Assembly (NCBI GenBank): GCA_039799905.1
Contig: JBDLRP010000032.1
Span: forward strand, 32,001 to 96,000
Direction of reading: 5' to 3'
Source of the DNA: Pseudomonadota bacterium
GTDB lineage: Bacteria > Bdellovibrionota_B > Oligoflexia > Silvanigrellales > Silvanigrellaceae
Length of the DNA stretch: 64,000 nucleotides
The stretch's first letter is position 1. Every line of letters starts with the position of its first letter. Under the pieces are notes generated by a model. That model did not search any database, was not told the origin of the DNA, and was given only the letters and a program-made list of their open reading frames with translations. Shown one piece after another: positions 50,209 to 60,516 of the stretch. The translations under genes and the position numbers were made by a program.

Positions 50209-50387
50209 TCCTTTTCTCAATATACCTGAAAATACAATTAAATATCCGTAAATTTTCTTTCTGGACACGCGGGAAAAGTTTTCCGCCCGTCAGGCTGTCG
50301 GCCAATTGACCAATTTCGAACTGTGTCCGCTTGGATTTCCTTTTATGCTTTCGGAGAGAACCTTTCAGTTCACCGGAGGCCGACGGA

Positions 50388-51347
50388 ATGACGACCACAT
50401 CCATGGTGCGCAACCTGTTTGTTTCGCTCGTATTGAGCTCTGCGCTGTTGTGGCAGACCGGTTATGCCGCTCAGGATTCCAACCGGGAAATTGTCGGCGG
50501 CACGATTGTGACCGACCCATCCAGTTTTGAATATCAACATACAGTCAGACTGCTGATTGGTGCGGTTACAGCCGGCGATGATCTTCCGGCTCACCTGCGC
50601 GGATTGCGTCTGAGCTGGCGTTGCTCGGCGGCAATCGTCGCGAAACAGGTTTTGATTTCTGCCGCGCACTGTTTTCCTAAGTCGATGAGTCTCAAAGATT
50701 CACAGTCTCCCCGCGTGTACCGTGCAGACGTGAAGGACATTAAACTTGAAGCATTTTTCAAGACCGATCCGCGCAGTGATCGAGTCAGCGGAATCCGTGC
50801 GCAGAAAATAATCGTGCACGAAGGGTTTAGAGACGACTGGACCTCCAACGTGAGTGACGTCTGGAACCCTGCAGAATCCATTCACGACCTAGCGCTCATT
50901 CAGCTTGCCGAAACTGTTCCCGCAGATAAAAAACCCGCGGCATTGCTCGCTGCTGGAGAAACTCAGTTGCAGGACGGAGAGACGTTGGTCATGTCCGGCT
51001 ACGGACGTGACCTGTCGGATGAACAGATATCACTGCCGCGCTTGCGCACTGTTGCTGTTCCACTGCGTGAAACACTGCGCAACGGAACCGAGTGGTACGC
51101 GGGTGCTGGTGACACGACAAAAGCTGGCAGGGTGGAGCGTCCGGCTGGTGGCTGCATGGGAGATTCGGGTGGGCCGGTTTTTGCACGCCGTGGCGATTCC
51201 GCGCGGCTTGTCGGCGTCATCGTTCGCGGTCCGGATGAGAACAATGGCGGTTGTGCTGCAGCAGTGACGATTTCCACTTCACTTCCCGCATACAGCGCTT
51301 GGATTTCTGCGAAGCTCAATGAGCTGAACCGACTGCAGGCCGAGTAA
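50388..51347 (+). CDS. Secreted trypsin-like (S1) serine protease
   Basis: GGAGG RBS, signal peptide, IVGG, SAAHC, DLALI, GDSGGP. Confidence 0.9.
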   Translation: MTTTSMVRNLFVSLVLSSALLWQTGYAAQDSNREIVGGTIVTDPSSFEYQHTVRLLIGAVTAGDDLPAHLRGLRLSWRCSAAIVAKQVLISAAHCFPKSMSLKDSQSPRVYRADVKDIKLEAFFKTDPRSDRVSGIRAQKIIVHEGFRDDWTSNVSDVWNPAESIHDLALIQLAETVPADKKPAALLAAGETQLQDGETLVMSGYGRDLSDEQISLPRLRTVAVPLRETLRNGTEWYAGAGDTTKAGRVERPAGGCMGDSGGPVFARRGDSARLVGVIVRGPDENNGGCAAAVTISTSLPAYSAWISAKLNELNRLQAE

Positions 51348-51350
51348 AAA

Positions 51351-51701
51351 TCACTTCATGCCCCTGGCGGTGTCCAGACAGCTGGTCAGTTCCGCCGATG
51401 GTGTCCAACCGCAATTTCCGTCTGACTGTTTTTCGCAGCGTGCGGTCTTGTAGCAGGCATATTCCTCTCGCCACATGCACGTCGAAACAACCGACTGGCC
51501 TTCAGGTGCACAAAGATGTCCGCTGCAACCCGTGCGTGCGCAACCTGCGCCTGTGAAGGCCTGCTTTGCGTCGGCAGCCGATTGAGTTGAACTTGGCTCA
51601 ACTGCCGGTGATTGAGTTTGTTGAGGTCCCTTGCACGCGCAGGCGGAGATGGCAACGAAAACTGTGGTGACCACAATCGGCAGGACGTATTTCAGACGCA
51701 T
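51351..51701 (-). CDS. Small Cys-rich lipoprotein (cysteine-cluster domain)
   Basis: Lipobox; CARTGCSGHLC...STC.WREEYACY...C...CGW...C. Confidence 0.7.
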   Translation of the reverse strand: MRLKYVLPIVVTTVFVAISACACKGPQQTQSPAVEPSSTQSAADAKQAFTGAGCARTGCSGHLCAPEGQSVVSTCMWREEYACYKTARCEKQSDGNCGWTPSAELTSCLDTARGMK

Positions 51702-51818
51702 CTTTGTTTCTCCGTTTTCAGGTTGTCAGCCTTTACAGCATACTACCCACGGGAGAATTTTGAATCGTTTGAAATTTGATTGTTCGGTCAGTGTATCGTC
51801 TGGTGGTTTTTTTTTTAA

Positions 51819-52451
51819 TTACTGGGCGCCCAAAACAACAGGACCTGTCGGTTCGCTTTCCGAGGATTCAAATGCTATCCCGACAGTCGCTCCGGCACTG
51901 ATTCCCAGCGCAGAAAGAGCCGCCTGTGAAAGCATGATGCCCCCTTCGCTGGTAATGGGTGGCCCCCAATCGACAACCCTGACCACCACTGCTCGGGTGA
52001 TTTGCGTAGGCGTGATGACAATGAGTTTACGGTTGGCAAAGAATTTCATTCCTGCTTCGGGTCGCGCACCGTAATCCCAGCGCATCGCGCAGAAGTAGGG
52101 ATCTTGAGTGCGCGAGAGATCTTCAGCTGTCAGCGAGCTCAAAACACTAACGTTGCGCTGAAAGCCCTGCAGCGGATACCCTTCGGAACGGGTGAAAACC
52201 CAGTTCAGGTTGCGGAATTGCCCTTTGACGGCAAGAACTTCAGGTATTCTGAATGATGATTTTTCGATGCCGGCGTTGTGGGCTGCAAGGACATCGTTGG
52301 CCAACAAGCTTTGTGTTCCGTTGGCGATACCTTCAGCAGGTGTCCAACGGCAGGCTGGGAGCACGCTTATGATCGCGCCAGTGAGCAAACCGCCCATCCA
52401 GAACCGATGATGTAGTTTTCGAAAACGGCGGAATCTGACTGTCTGCGTCAT
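51819..52451 (-). CDS. Putative lipoprotein with RlpA-like double-psi beta-barrel
   Basis: LPA-C lipobox; CAMRW...VVVRVVDWGP...IMLSQAALSALG. Confidence 0.6.
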   Translation of the reverse strand: MTQTVRFRRFRKLHHRFWMGGLLTGAIISVLPACRWTPAEGIANGTQSLLANDVLAAHNAGIEKSSFRIPEVLAVKGQFRNLNWVFTRSEGYPLQGFQRNVSVLSSLTAEDLSRTQDPYFCAMRWDYGARPEAGMKFFANRKLIVITPTQITRAVVVRVVDWGPPITSEGGIMLSQAALSALGISAGATVGIAFESSESEPTGPVVLGAQ

Positions 52452-52492
52452 TTGGATCCCCCTCCCCCCTAACACGCGCACGTGCAATGCAG

Positions 52493-52509
52493 AGCAAAAG
52501 TCCTGCCAG
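52493..52509 (-). promoter_or_regulatory. Candidate sigma-54 promoter
   Basis: CTGGCAGG-ACTT-TTGCT, 41 nt upstream of ATG 52451. Confidence 0.6.
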
Positions 52510-52601
52510 TCAGTGAGATTCGCCGAGATGTACTAAACTTAATTAATTTTGGAAGGTTAGGAGAATTGTTCTGGGGTCGGCAAGGTGGCTCCGACGGCTA
52601 A

Positions 52602-53969
52602 TCATTTGACAGTGGCTTTGAACTGCGCAGGCTGACCAGTTGAAGCCAACACACTCAACCAGAGCGGGCAGTTGGTATCGAATTTTTTGCGGCCGCGGGT
52701 CACCAGCTTGAGTGGAATGTTGGTGAATTGCTCGTGCGAATACCCGACCATCATACCGGTTTTGCCGGCCATCGCCGCGTGCACAGCATTTTGTCCGAGA
52801 GCGGCGCAGAACACCGAGTCATCGGATGATGTAGTTTGAGCGCGCAGCATGTAGCTCGGGTCAATGTACTTGAGTGTGGTTTCGATTCCCTGCCGCTTGA
52901 AATCCTGTGGAATAACTTCTTTCAGATACCGGCCGACGTCCTTGAGCTTGACGTTTCCGGAGGCATCGGTCTCTTTGCCGGCATCAGGAAAAAGATTCTG
53001 CCCGGCACCTTCCGCGACTGCGACTGTCGCATAGCCCTTTTCCACGACGCGGCGTGTGAGCACACTCAGGAATCCATGTTCGCCTTCGAGGTTGAGCTCA
53101 ACCTCTGGAATGAGTACGAAGTCAATGTCGTTCATCGCGGCCGCAGCGCTCGCAGTGAGAGCTCCAGATTGACGGCCCATGATCTTCACCAGTCCAATTC
53201 CATTCACAGCTCCGCGCGCTTCGGTCTGCGCGCAGCGGAGCGCTTCAACCGCTTTGCCTACGGCCGTTTCAAATCCGAAGCTTTTTGAGACCCAGAGAAT
53301 GTCGTTGTCAATGGTCTTGGGAATTCCAATCACTGCAATTGGCAAATTGCGTTTGGTGACTTCTTGATAAATTGCATTCGCACCGGCCAGAGTGCCATCA
53401 CCCCCGATGGTGAAAATGATGTTCACATCACGCAGTACAAGTGCATCGACGATTGCAGATGGATTCGAATGTCCGCGCGCGCTGCCGAGAATGGAGCCGG
53501 CTTCAAAATCGATGTTCTGCACCGAGCGTGTGTCGAGACGCCGCCAAGGGAATTTGAATCGTTTGGATTCGGTGTCGTGCGCAAAGCCGTAGTAGCCGAA
53601 AGGAACCCCAAAGATGTTCCGCACGTGATAGCGGTCGTGCAGCATGGTGACCATGCTTTGTACGACATTGTTGAGGCCGGGGGCGAGACCGCCGCAGGTT
53701 ACAATTGCGACTCGCGTATTTGCTGGATCCCAGAAGATTTTCTCACGAGGTCCGGCAAGTTCCATGGAAGCCAGACTTGCAGCAGTGTCGGAGCCAGCCA
53801 GTGGATGTGACTCGAGCTGCCTGAGTGTAATGTTAACAAGAATGCGGTCGAGGGCGTCATCCAAAAACTGATGCGTCAGGAAGGATCCCTGCAGAGGGGA
53901 AGTCCGAGTCGCAGCACCGTAGCGCGCTGTCAGCGAATCGACGAGAAAATCAGCAGGAGACAATTCCAT
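52602..53969 (-). CDS. pfkA: 6-phosphofructokinase (group X type, predicted ATP-dependent)
   Basis: TCGGLAPG, IGGDGT, PKTIDND, MGR, YIDPSY. Confidence 0.9.
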   Translation of the reverse strand: MELSPADFLVDSLTARYGAATRTSPLQGSFLTHQFLDDALDRILVNITLRQLESHPLAGSDTAASLASMELAGPREKIFWDPANTRVAIVTCGGLAPGLNNVVQSMVTMLHDRYHVRNIFGVPFGYYGFAHDTESKRFKFPWRRLDTRSVQNIDFEAGSILGSARGHSNPSAIVDALVLRDVNIIFTIGGDGTLAGANAIYQEVTKRNLPIAVIGIPKTIDNDILWVSKSFGFETAVGKAVEALRCAQTEARGAVNGIGLVKIMGRQSGALTASAAAAMNDIDFVLIPEVELNLEGEHGFLSVLTRRVVEKGYATVAVAEGAGQNLFPDAGKETDASGNVKLKDVGRYLKEVIPQDFKRQGIETTLKYIDPSYMLRAQTTSSDDSVFCAALGQNAVHAAMAGKTGMMVGYSHEQFTNIPLKLVTRGRKKFDTNCPLWLSVLASTGQPAQFKATVK

Positions 53970-53997
53970 CAGTCAGAACCCCGTGTCCATTTTTACG

Positions 53998-54714
53998 TTA
54001 CACAGAGGCTACATTTTGTTCCTCAAAGATGTCTACCAGCGCCGCTTGCGCCATATCGAGGAGTCCGTTCAGCTGGCTGCGCGAAAATGCTTGTTTTTCG
54101 GCAGTTCCCTGCACTTCAAGTAAGAGTCCCGAGCTCGTCTGTACAACGTTCATATCGACGTCAGCCTTCTGGTCTTCAAAGTAGTCGAGGTCGACGAGCA
54201 GTGTTCCCTCGACAATACCGACCGACACAGCCGCAACTGCCTCGCGGATGGGATTGGTTTTGAGTTTGTTCATTTTGATGAGTTTTTCGACAGCGATGCG
54301 CAATGCCACATAGGCTCCGGTGATGGCCGCCGTGCGGGTACCACCATCGGCCTGCAGCACATCGCAGTCGAGCGTGATAGTGCGTTCGCCGAGTTGTTTC
54401 AGGTCTACGACTGCGCGCAGGCTGCGGCCGATCAGACGTTGAATTTCCTGCGTGCGGCCAGAAAGATTCTGGCGTTCCCGGCGTGAGCGTTCCGAAGTCG
54501 ATGCTGGCAGGAGCGAATACTCGGCAGTCACCCAGCCCTGTCCGCGGGTTCCGCGCATCCAGTTGGGAACAGAGTCTTCAACCGATGCAGTGCACATCAC
54601 CCGTGTCTCGCCATATTCAACCAGCACCGAGCCCATCGGGACGTTGGTAAAGTTGGGGGTGATTTTGATGGGGCGAGTTTGTGACACGGTGCGGTTGTGC
54701 GAGCGGCTGAGCAT
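53998..54714 (-). CDS. rph: Ribonuclease PH
   Basis: [42 protein letters not shown]. Confidence 0.97.
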   Translation of the reverse strand: MLSRSHNRTVSQTRPIKITPNFTNVPMGSVLVEYGETRVMCTASVEDSVPNWMRGTRGQGWVTAEYSLLPASTSERSRRERQNLSGRTQEIQRLIGRSLRAVVDLKQLGERTITLDCDVLQADGGTRTAAITGAYVALRIAVEKLIKMNKLKTNPIREAVAAVSVGIVEGTLLVDLDYFEDQKADVDMNVVQTSSGLLLEVQGTAEKQAFSRSQLNGLLDMAQAALVDIFEEQNVASV

Positions 54715-54801
54715 GACAATGACCTCTTTGGAAAATAAAAACGTCCAGCAGCGGTCTTCTAGCTCGCGCTCCCAGCAGTGACAAGTTCACAGGGTCTTGA
54801 A

Positions 54802-55344
54802 TTACTGCAGTTGCACTGCAGCTGAGCGAAAATCACGCGGCAACGCGCGTTCCGGAAGAATGTGGATACTCGGGTGTGAATTGCTCTGTATCCATTCATT
54901 GATACCGGGGCCGGTTTCGTTCTGAATAAACCTGACCAATCGTCTTGCCAGCCAGTGAACGCCTCTATCATCCCATTCGAGCTCATCGAGAGTCAGACCC
55001 TTTACGCTGCTTGTCGCGATTTTACGTCCGCGTCGGAAGAAGCTGACTACCGGCGTATCGAGTGGTCCGCAGGCGAAAACACATTCGTAGCGCAGGCCTG
55101 AAGTTCGGCAAACCACCAAATAACCTGAGCTCGTGCGTGAAAATAGCAACCACAGGCCCGAATGGAACACGCTCGTCCAAGCGTGGGAGCCATACATGCT
55201 TTGAAATGATGCATTTGAGATGTAGGCAACCAGATGGCTGGGGTGTCCGGCTTTGTCATAAGCCGTTTTGAGTTCAGTGTTGTTGAGCAGTTCGGAGCCC
55301 AGCTCAGAGGTCCAGGGGACCATCGGCAGGTCAGCGAGTCGCAT
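54802..55344 (-). CDS. Hypothetical protein
   Basis: 180-aa ORF with AAGGAG RBS, same strand as flanking genes. Confidence 0.6.
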   Translation of the reverse strand: MRLADLPMVPWTSELGSELLNNTELKTAYDKAGHPSHLVAYISNASFQSMYGSHAWTSVFHSGLWLLFSRTSSGYLVVCRTSGLRYECVFACGPLDTPVVSFFRRGRKIATSSVKGLTLDELEWDDRGVHWLARRLVRFIQNETGPGINEWIQSNSHPSIHILPERALPRDFRSAAVQLQ

Positions 55345-55467
55345 GGGAGTTCTCCTTGTCAGGCGATAACATCGCGCTCAAGGCGTGAATTAGCACTTCG
55401 ACTTGTGGACTGTCCTGTGCGGCGGCGGCAGACATTTGACGCTCAGAGTCTTGCCCTTACTTTTGCC

Positions 55468-56571
55468 TCATTGAGAGGCGACAAGTGTGCGCCAGCCGAA
55501 TGGGTCTGCAGATTTTCCGATTTGGATGTCGATGAGCGCCTTCTTGATGTCCATGCTGACCCGACCAATCCGGCCTTGGTTGATTTCGATCCGCTCTGTA
55601 CCGTCAACGAATTCAATGACCGGTGATACAACTGCTGCGGTTCCACAGCCAAAAACCTCGGTCAGTGTACCGTTGCGTATGTCGCGCAGAACGTCTTCGA
55701 TATTTAGACGGGTTTCTTCAATTGTGTAGCCAAGATGTGCTGCGAGTTTGAGGATCGAGTCGCGGGTGACACCCGGCAGAATACTTCCCGTAAGCGCTGG
55801 TGTGAGGATTTTGCGGTCATAGACGAACATAATGTTCATCGCACCGACTTCTTCGACAAAGGCTCGCTCAAGACCGTCCAGCCAGAGCACCTGCTCTGCA
55901 CCTGCAGCGCGCGCCCTTTGCAGCGCAGGCAGAGCGGCAGCGTAATTTCCGCCACATTTGGCTTCGCCGCAGCCGCCGGGTACGGCACGCACGTGTTCGC
56001 GTTCAATGTAAACGGAAACACCTGTCTCGCGTTTATAGTAGTTCTTTGCCGGACTGACGATCACGAAAAATCGGTAGGCCAGCGACGCTCGGTACGAGAC
56101 CCCTGTGTCGAGACCTATGAGTGTGGGACGCAGGTAGAGTGACCCCGGATTGTCGAGAATCCAGTCCTGTTCAACGGCCACCAGCTCTTGGATGCTCCGG
56201 AGAAATAAATCCTCCGGTACCGGCTGCATGCCGAGACGTGTGGCTGAATTGGCGAACCTGCGCGCGTTTTGCTCGGCCCTGAATAGGTAAATTTGCTCGC
56301 GGTTTTTAGCGTCACGATAAGCCTTGAGCCCCTCAAAAACCTCCTGCCCGTAGTGAAAAACGACAGCATCCGGGCTCAGATTGAAGGGTGCGTAGGGCAA
56401 AATTTCAGGGGTCTGCCATCCACCTTTTTGCGGCAGGTAGTCGCATACGAGCATATGGTCGGTCTGGGTGCGGCCAAAGGGAATGTCGTCAGCGAGGGTC
56501 GGGGGAGTTTTGCGCTTATGACGCGGCAAAAGGTCTTTGAGAACCCTTTGCTGAACAGCTGACTGAGGCAT
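55468..56571 (-). CDS. ilvE: Branched-chain amino acid aminotransferase
   Basis: HYGQEVFEGLKAY, LYLRP, AKCGGNY, EEVGAMN, ILPGVTR, GTAAVVSP. Confidence 0.95.
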   Translation of the reverse strand: MPQSAVQQRVLKDLLPRHKRKTPPTLADDIPFGRTQTDHMLVCDYLPQKGGWQTPEILPYAPFNLSPDAVVFHYGQEVFEGLKAYRDAKNREQIYLFRAEQNARRFANSATRLGMQPVPEDLFLRSIQELVAVEQDWILDNPGSLYLRPTLIGLDTGVSYRASLAYRFFVIVSPAKNYYKRETGVSVYIEREHVRAVPGGCGEAKCGGNYAAALPALQRARAAGAEQVLWLDGLERAFVEEVGAMNIMFVYDRKILTPALTGSILPGVTRDSILKLAAHLGYTIEETRLNIEDVLRDIRNGTLTEVFGCGTAAVVSPVIEFVDGTERIEINQGRIGRVSMDIKKALIDIQIGKSADPFGWRTLVASQ

Positions 56572-56713
56572 AACTTCTCCCCCCGCGGCGGTTCAGCACT
56601 GATTTGTGCTGTAGCTCGCCGATCCCGCGGTAGAATAGAGTCTGCAATTCAGGACGCAAGCCCCCCAAGACACTTGACAACCATTTAGCCGTTTTCATAT
56701 ACGGCAGGTGAGT

Positions 56714-56788
56714 TGGGGCATCGACAAGTGGTAAGTCAACGGATTTTGATTCCGTCATTCCTAGGTTCGAATCCTAGTGCCCCAGCCA
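56714..56788 (+). tRNA. tRNA-Gln (anticodon TTG)
   Basis: Acceptor TGGGGCA/TGCCCCA, anticodon arm ACGGA-TTTTGAT-TCCGT, GGTTCGAATCC, encoded CCA. Confidence 0.96.
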
Positions 56789-56801
56789 CACTCACCTCTT
56801 C

Positions 56802-57359
56802 TCAGCCTTTGGCAAACAAAGCCGCAAGCTCGTCCTTCAGTTTCAAGACCACGTCGACCTCGACATCCATATCGACCGGAAGATTTTTGAGTACTTCCAG
56901 TGGTGTGAGTTTGTTGTCGTCCTGAAGCGACATTACAATCGCAGAGCGGACTGCCTGAACCGAAGCGGTTTTCGTCAGGTGCGGATGCACAGCGTCGCCC
57001 AGTTTGTTGAGAACCGCCACACCGAACTGGTTGTTGAGGATGGTGCTCGTTTCAACCAGGTCGAGATTGTATTCTTTTGTTAGTTGAGCTCTCAGGGCAT
57101 TGGCATCCAGTTTGCCGAATTTGATGAAGTTGCCGATGTCGCCGTTGGCCACTCCGCGGGATGCAAACTTTTCCAAATCACTCACCGACACCGAGCGGAT
57201 CAACGATCCGTAAATGAAGTAAATGCGTTTGTCCTGCAGTGTATAGTTTGCATTTGTGCTTTCTATGGTCGCGTCGACTTTCCGTTTGCACGAAGGCAAA
57301 AGCATCGAGCCAAGAGCCAGAGTGGACACAATGACTGAAAACAAAAGACGACCCGACAT
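56802..57359 (-). CDS. Lipoprotein with DUF1400-like domain
   Basis: LPS-C lipobox; RIYFIYG...SVSVSDLEKFA, G..VL..LG, AVRSAIV, LT.LEVLKN.P. Confidence 0.6.
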   Translation of the reverse strand: MSGRLLFSVIVSTLALGSMLLPSCKRKVDATIESTNANYTLQDKRIYFIYGSLIRSVSVSDLEKFASRGVANGDIGNFIKFGKLDANALRAQLTKEYNLDLVETSTILNNQFGVAVLNKLGDAVHPHLTKTASVQAVRSAIVMSLQDDNKLTPLEVLKNLPVDMDVEVDVVLKLKDELAALFAKG

Positions 57360-57407
57360 AGCAATCCCTCCCACTAATTAATGCTTCTGTCTTGAGACTG
57401 AATCGGA

Positions 57408-57941
57408 CTATTTGAGGCAGGTGACTTTGAGGTTGGCGCTGCAGCTGAGACCTTCGTCTGTCACCAGAGTTTTCAGTTTCGGCAAGCCCTTGAGCAGCTC
57501 GTCGATCTGACGCTGCGTGAACTTATTGCCAAGCAAATGCAAAGTCGAGATGTTTTTGAATGCAAGAATGGGAGAGATGTTGGTAAGATTTTTCCCCGAC
57601 AGATCGACGTGATCGAGTTTACGCGCGGCCCAGCGCGCTAAATCCGCAGTTTTTTCGATGTTCAAATGGTACATCGTCATCGAGTCGAGGATCGCATCAA
57701 CTGTGCGCTCCTCTTCAGCGTTGAGGTTTTTCTTGCTTAGCCAATCTTCTGCGCTCAGTGTTCTGACTGCTGGAGCGGTTTGAACAGCCTGACCGTTGTT
57801 TTTCGTTTGTGCCTGTTCCGCGGCTTTGTTTTGTGAGCTGCTTGAAGACAGCGATTCTGTCGCGGGTTTGCAGGCGGCCAGTGATGCGACGATCGGAAGT
57901 AAATAGCAGGCCAATAGTTTTGTTTTTGCCGATACTGACAT
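57408..57941 (-). CDS. Lipoprotein with short leucine-rich repeats
   Basis: LAA-C lipobox; VDLSGKNLTNISP, LHLLGNKF, LPKLKTL. Confidence 0.7.
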   Translation of the reverse strand: MSVSAKTKLLACYLLPIVASLAACKPATESLSSSSSQNKAAEQAQTKNNGQAVQTAPAVRTLSAEDWLSKKNLNAEEERTVDAILDSMTMYHLNIEKTADLARWAARKLDHVDLSGKNLTNISPILAFKNISTLHLLGNKFTQRQIDELLKGLPKLKTLVTDEGLSCSANLKVTCLK

Positions 57942-57972
57942 GAACGACCTCCGTCAAAAGACACTCTACGTC

Positions 57973-58000
57973 ATGTCGGCAGAATTTTGGCAATTCTTTA
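57973..58000 (-). promoter_or_regulatory. Candidate sigma-28 promoter
   Basis: TAAA-N16-GCCGACAT about 30 nt upstream of ATG 57941. Confidence 0.4.
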
Positions 58001-58195
58001 ATAATTCGAACAAAGCTCTGTTATTAAATAAGATTGTGCTTAGGTTTTGCTTCGAGCTCGATGAGTCGACGTCGAACTAGAGGGCGTTCACTTCAATGGA
58101 ATCATGACGCTTCAGACTTATCTTACTTAATCTCAGTTCTCGGTTAGACTGTTGGCAACGATCTACGATAACTGAGAAAAAGGGCCCAATCTGTC

Positions 58196-58990
58196 ATGGC
58201 CGGACAACATCACTGTTCATTTGTTGCACGCATGAATTGGCGCCGCTCGGGCGCATCTGTACACCCATCGGTTCATGTTCTTAGCCTCCAACAAAATTGC
58301 ACATCTGCGGCTTCAAATCAGACAATCGCATGGATTGTCGGTACCGGCGGAGCTCATGCCGGCGAAGATTTCAGATTGACGCAAGGAGAGTCAGTCATTG
58401 GCTCCGGATGGGACGCAGACATTGTCTTAACCTCTCCCGAGGTCAGCAGAACTCACGCAAAAATCAGCAGCACCAATCATTTGTGTGTTCTCGAGGATCT
58501 TGGCAGCGGGTCGGGAACATTTGTCAACGGCGAGCGCTGCGACGATCCGCGTGCTCTCAATCATCGTGATGTCATCAAGATTGGCATGGGTGAATTCATT
58601 TATTTTGCACTTGATCCCGAGGCTGCCCAAATTCAGGCGGTGAAACCCAAAACTGTATCCAGTCCCTCCGGCAATGTTCAGCCGGGACGGGCTGCTGTCG
58701 TCGGATGGCTTGTGTGTCAGTCGGGAGAACTGAGCGGGCTGGATTTCAGACTGACAGCAGGTGTGAATCGTGTCGGAAGTTTGAGCGGGCTGGAAGTGAC
58801 TATCCCCGATCCGAATCTCAATTCCATTCACATGAATCTCGAGTGCACTGCAGAGCGAATTTACATGCGTCCGATGTCGGCCGGTCTGCAATTGATCCGC
58901 AATAATCAAATGATTGATGCTGGAGTTCTCAAAGATGATGATTTGATTCGCTGCGGCTCGTTGATCCTCCGTTTCAGGAGCTACTCATGA
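58196..58990 (+). CDS. Tandem FHA-domain protein
   Basis: IGSG...VSRTHA...EDLGSGSGTFVNG, plus a second degenerate FHA after VVGWLV. Confidence 0.82.
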   Translation: MAGQHHCSFVARMNWRRSGASVHPSVHVLSLQQNCTSAASNQTIAWIVGTGGAHAGEDFRLTQGESVIGSGWDADIVLTSPEVSRTHAKISSTNHLCVLEDLGSGSGTFVNGERCDDPRALNHRDVIKIGMGEFIYFALDPEAAQIQAVKPKTVSSPSGNVQPGRAAVVGWLVCQSGELSGLDFRLTAGVNRVGSLSGLEVTIPDPNLNSIHMNLECTAERIYMRPMSAGLQLIRNNQMIDAGVLKDDDLIRCGSLILRFRSYS

Positions 58991-60516
58991 TCGGCATCCG
59001 TCAGGTTTTGGCGTTTCTGGCGTGTACTTTTTTATGCTTATCATCGGCCCGCGCGCAGGTGACGCCCGCTGCCGGCGAGGAAAAACTCAAGCGCAACGTT
59101 GTTGTCCGGGCGCATGAAGTGTTCGACAAGCGCAAGTTAAGGCTGTTTGTCGTTGTTGATGAGGCAGACACAGAAGGGCGGTATCTGCTCAACACGCTGG
59201 ACGCGAGGTCGTTCAGGCTGTTTGGCAAGGACAGCGAGGATGCTCCTGTCGAGGTTCTTTCTTTGAGCACGATTGTGACCAAATCACCGCCCGTGCTGCG
59301 CGAGACTGCGATTATTTTTGAGTCAAGCGCCGAACTGACGCAACAGCAGTCCGATGGAATTCGTAAAGCAGTCGCATCTTTTCTTGGTGGATATAGATCG
59401 GATGTGCTGTCGGTGCGGATGGGAAATGAAGAGAATTCCAGCCGACTGGCGTGGATTTCTCCAACCCAGTCGGAAAATCCGCGCGCCATCCAACGCTCTG
59501 TTCTGGACTCTCCCGTTCTGGCCGGTGCGCGCGGCCTGACGCCGGTATTGTGTGATGGCATCCGTGATCTGAACGTGGTCGACTCGCAAGGCAACGGCCC
59601 GCATGTTCAGCGCAATGTGATAGTTGTTTCGTCCGATATGCCAGCGGAAACTAAAAGCTTCGCCGAAATGGCGAAATGTCTTTCAGAAGCCGACGATATC
59701 GGAGCGCGAGTCTTTTGGGTTAAACTGAGGTCCGCGCCGTTCGCAGGGGAAGGCCTCGGAAAATTTGCCAAGGTTCTGTCTGCTGGAGTCTCTAAGTCGA
59801 GTGGCTTCATCCACTCAATTCCGCTGTCTGCCGACCCGTTGCCGGCATTGAACAATGTGCGTTCGTATCTGGATGACGAATACATTCTTGAGTTCGACTT
59901 GGATCGCCTGAAACCCTACTCAGACACGATTGAGCTTGAATTGACGGCGAATTATCACGGAAACATCATAAAAAGTGGATTTTTCGCAGCCGAGGGATTC
60001 ACTCCTTACCCCTCACCCGAGGACATTGCACAGCAGGCGAGAATTCAGGATGCCTCCCGTCGCAAGGAATTTTTCACCGTCGGTCTGATAGTTGGAATTT
60101 TGTCGCTGACCGGCATATTTTTTTGGTTTCGTTTGAAGAAGAACGTTCACGTTTGTCAGGAATGTTCGTTTGTTGTGGCACGCAATTTTCAGGACTGCCC
60201 GTTTCGCAATCCAAAGTGTTACGGCCGACTGAGTGTTATCCACGGACCTCTGTTGGGCAAAGTTTTTCCGCTTTTTTCCGGCGAAAATTCATTGGGAAGC
60301 CGGCGTTCCAGCATGGTACGTTTAAGGGGGAGAGGTATCTCCGCAGATCATGCCAAGATTGTACTGAGCAAGCGAAAAGCTCTTTACTCTCCGGTGAAGG
60401 GGAGCGAATGCCGCATCAACGGCGTCGCTGCGGTCGAGCCTCGTCTGCTTGGTTCCGGCAGCGTCATCAGGATTGGTGATTGTGTTTGCCGCGTGGATTT
60501 TAAAGAGGGTGAATGA
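58987..60516 (+). CDS. Exported VWA-like domain + TM + Cys motif + FHA domain protein
   Basis: Signal peptide, RNVIVVSSD, TM helix, CQEC...DCPF, ISADHA...INGV; ATGA-coupled. Confidence 0.68.
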   Translation: MIGIRQVLAFLACTFLCLSSARAQVTPAAGEEKLKRNVVVRAHEVFDKRKLRLFVVVDEADTEGRYLLNTLDARSFRLFGKDSEDAPVEVLSLSTIVTKSPPVLRETAIIFESSAELTQQQSDGIRKAVASFLGGYRSDVLSVRMGNEENSSRLAWISPTQSENPRAIQRSVLDSPVLAGARGLTPVLCDGIRDLNVVDSQGNGPHVQRNVIVVSSDMPAETKSFAEMAKCLSEADDIGARVFWVKLRSAPFAGEGLGKFAKVLSAGVSKSSGFIHSIPLSADPLPALNNVRSYLDDEYILEFDLDRLKPYSDTIELELTANYHGNIIKSGFFAAEGFTPYPSPEDIAQQARIQDASRRKEFFTVGLIVGILSLTGIFFWFRLKKNVHVCQECSFVVARNFQDCPFRNPKCYGRLSVIHGPLLGKVFPLFSGENSLGSRRSSMVRLRGRGISADHAKIVLSKRKALYSPVKGSECRINGVAAVEPRLLGSGSVIRIGDCVCRVDFKEGE

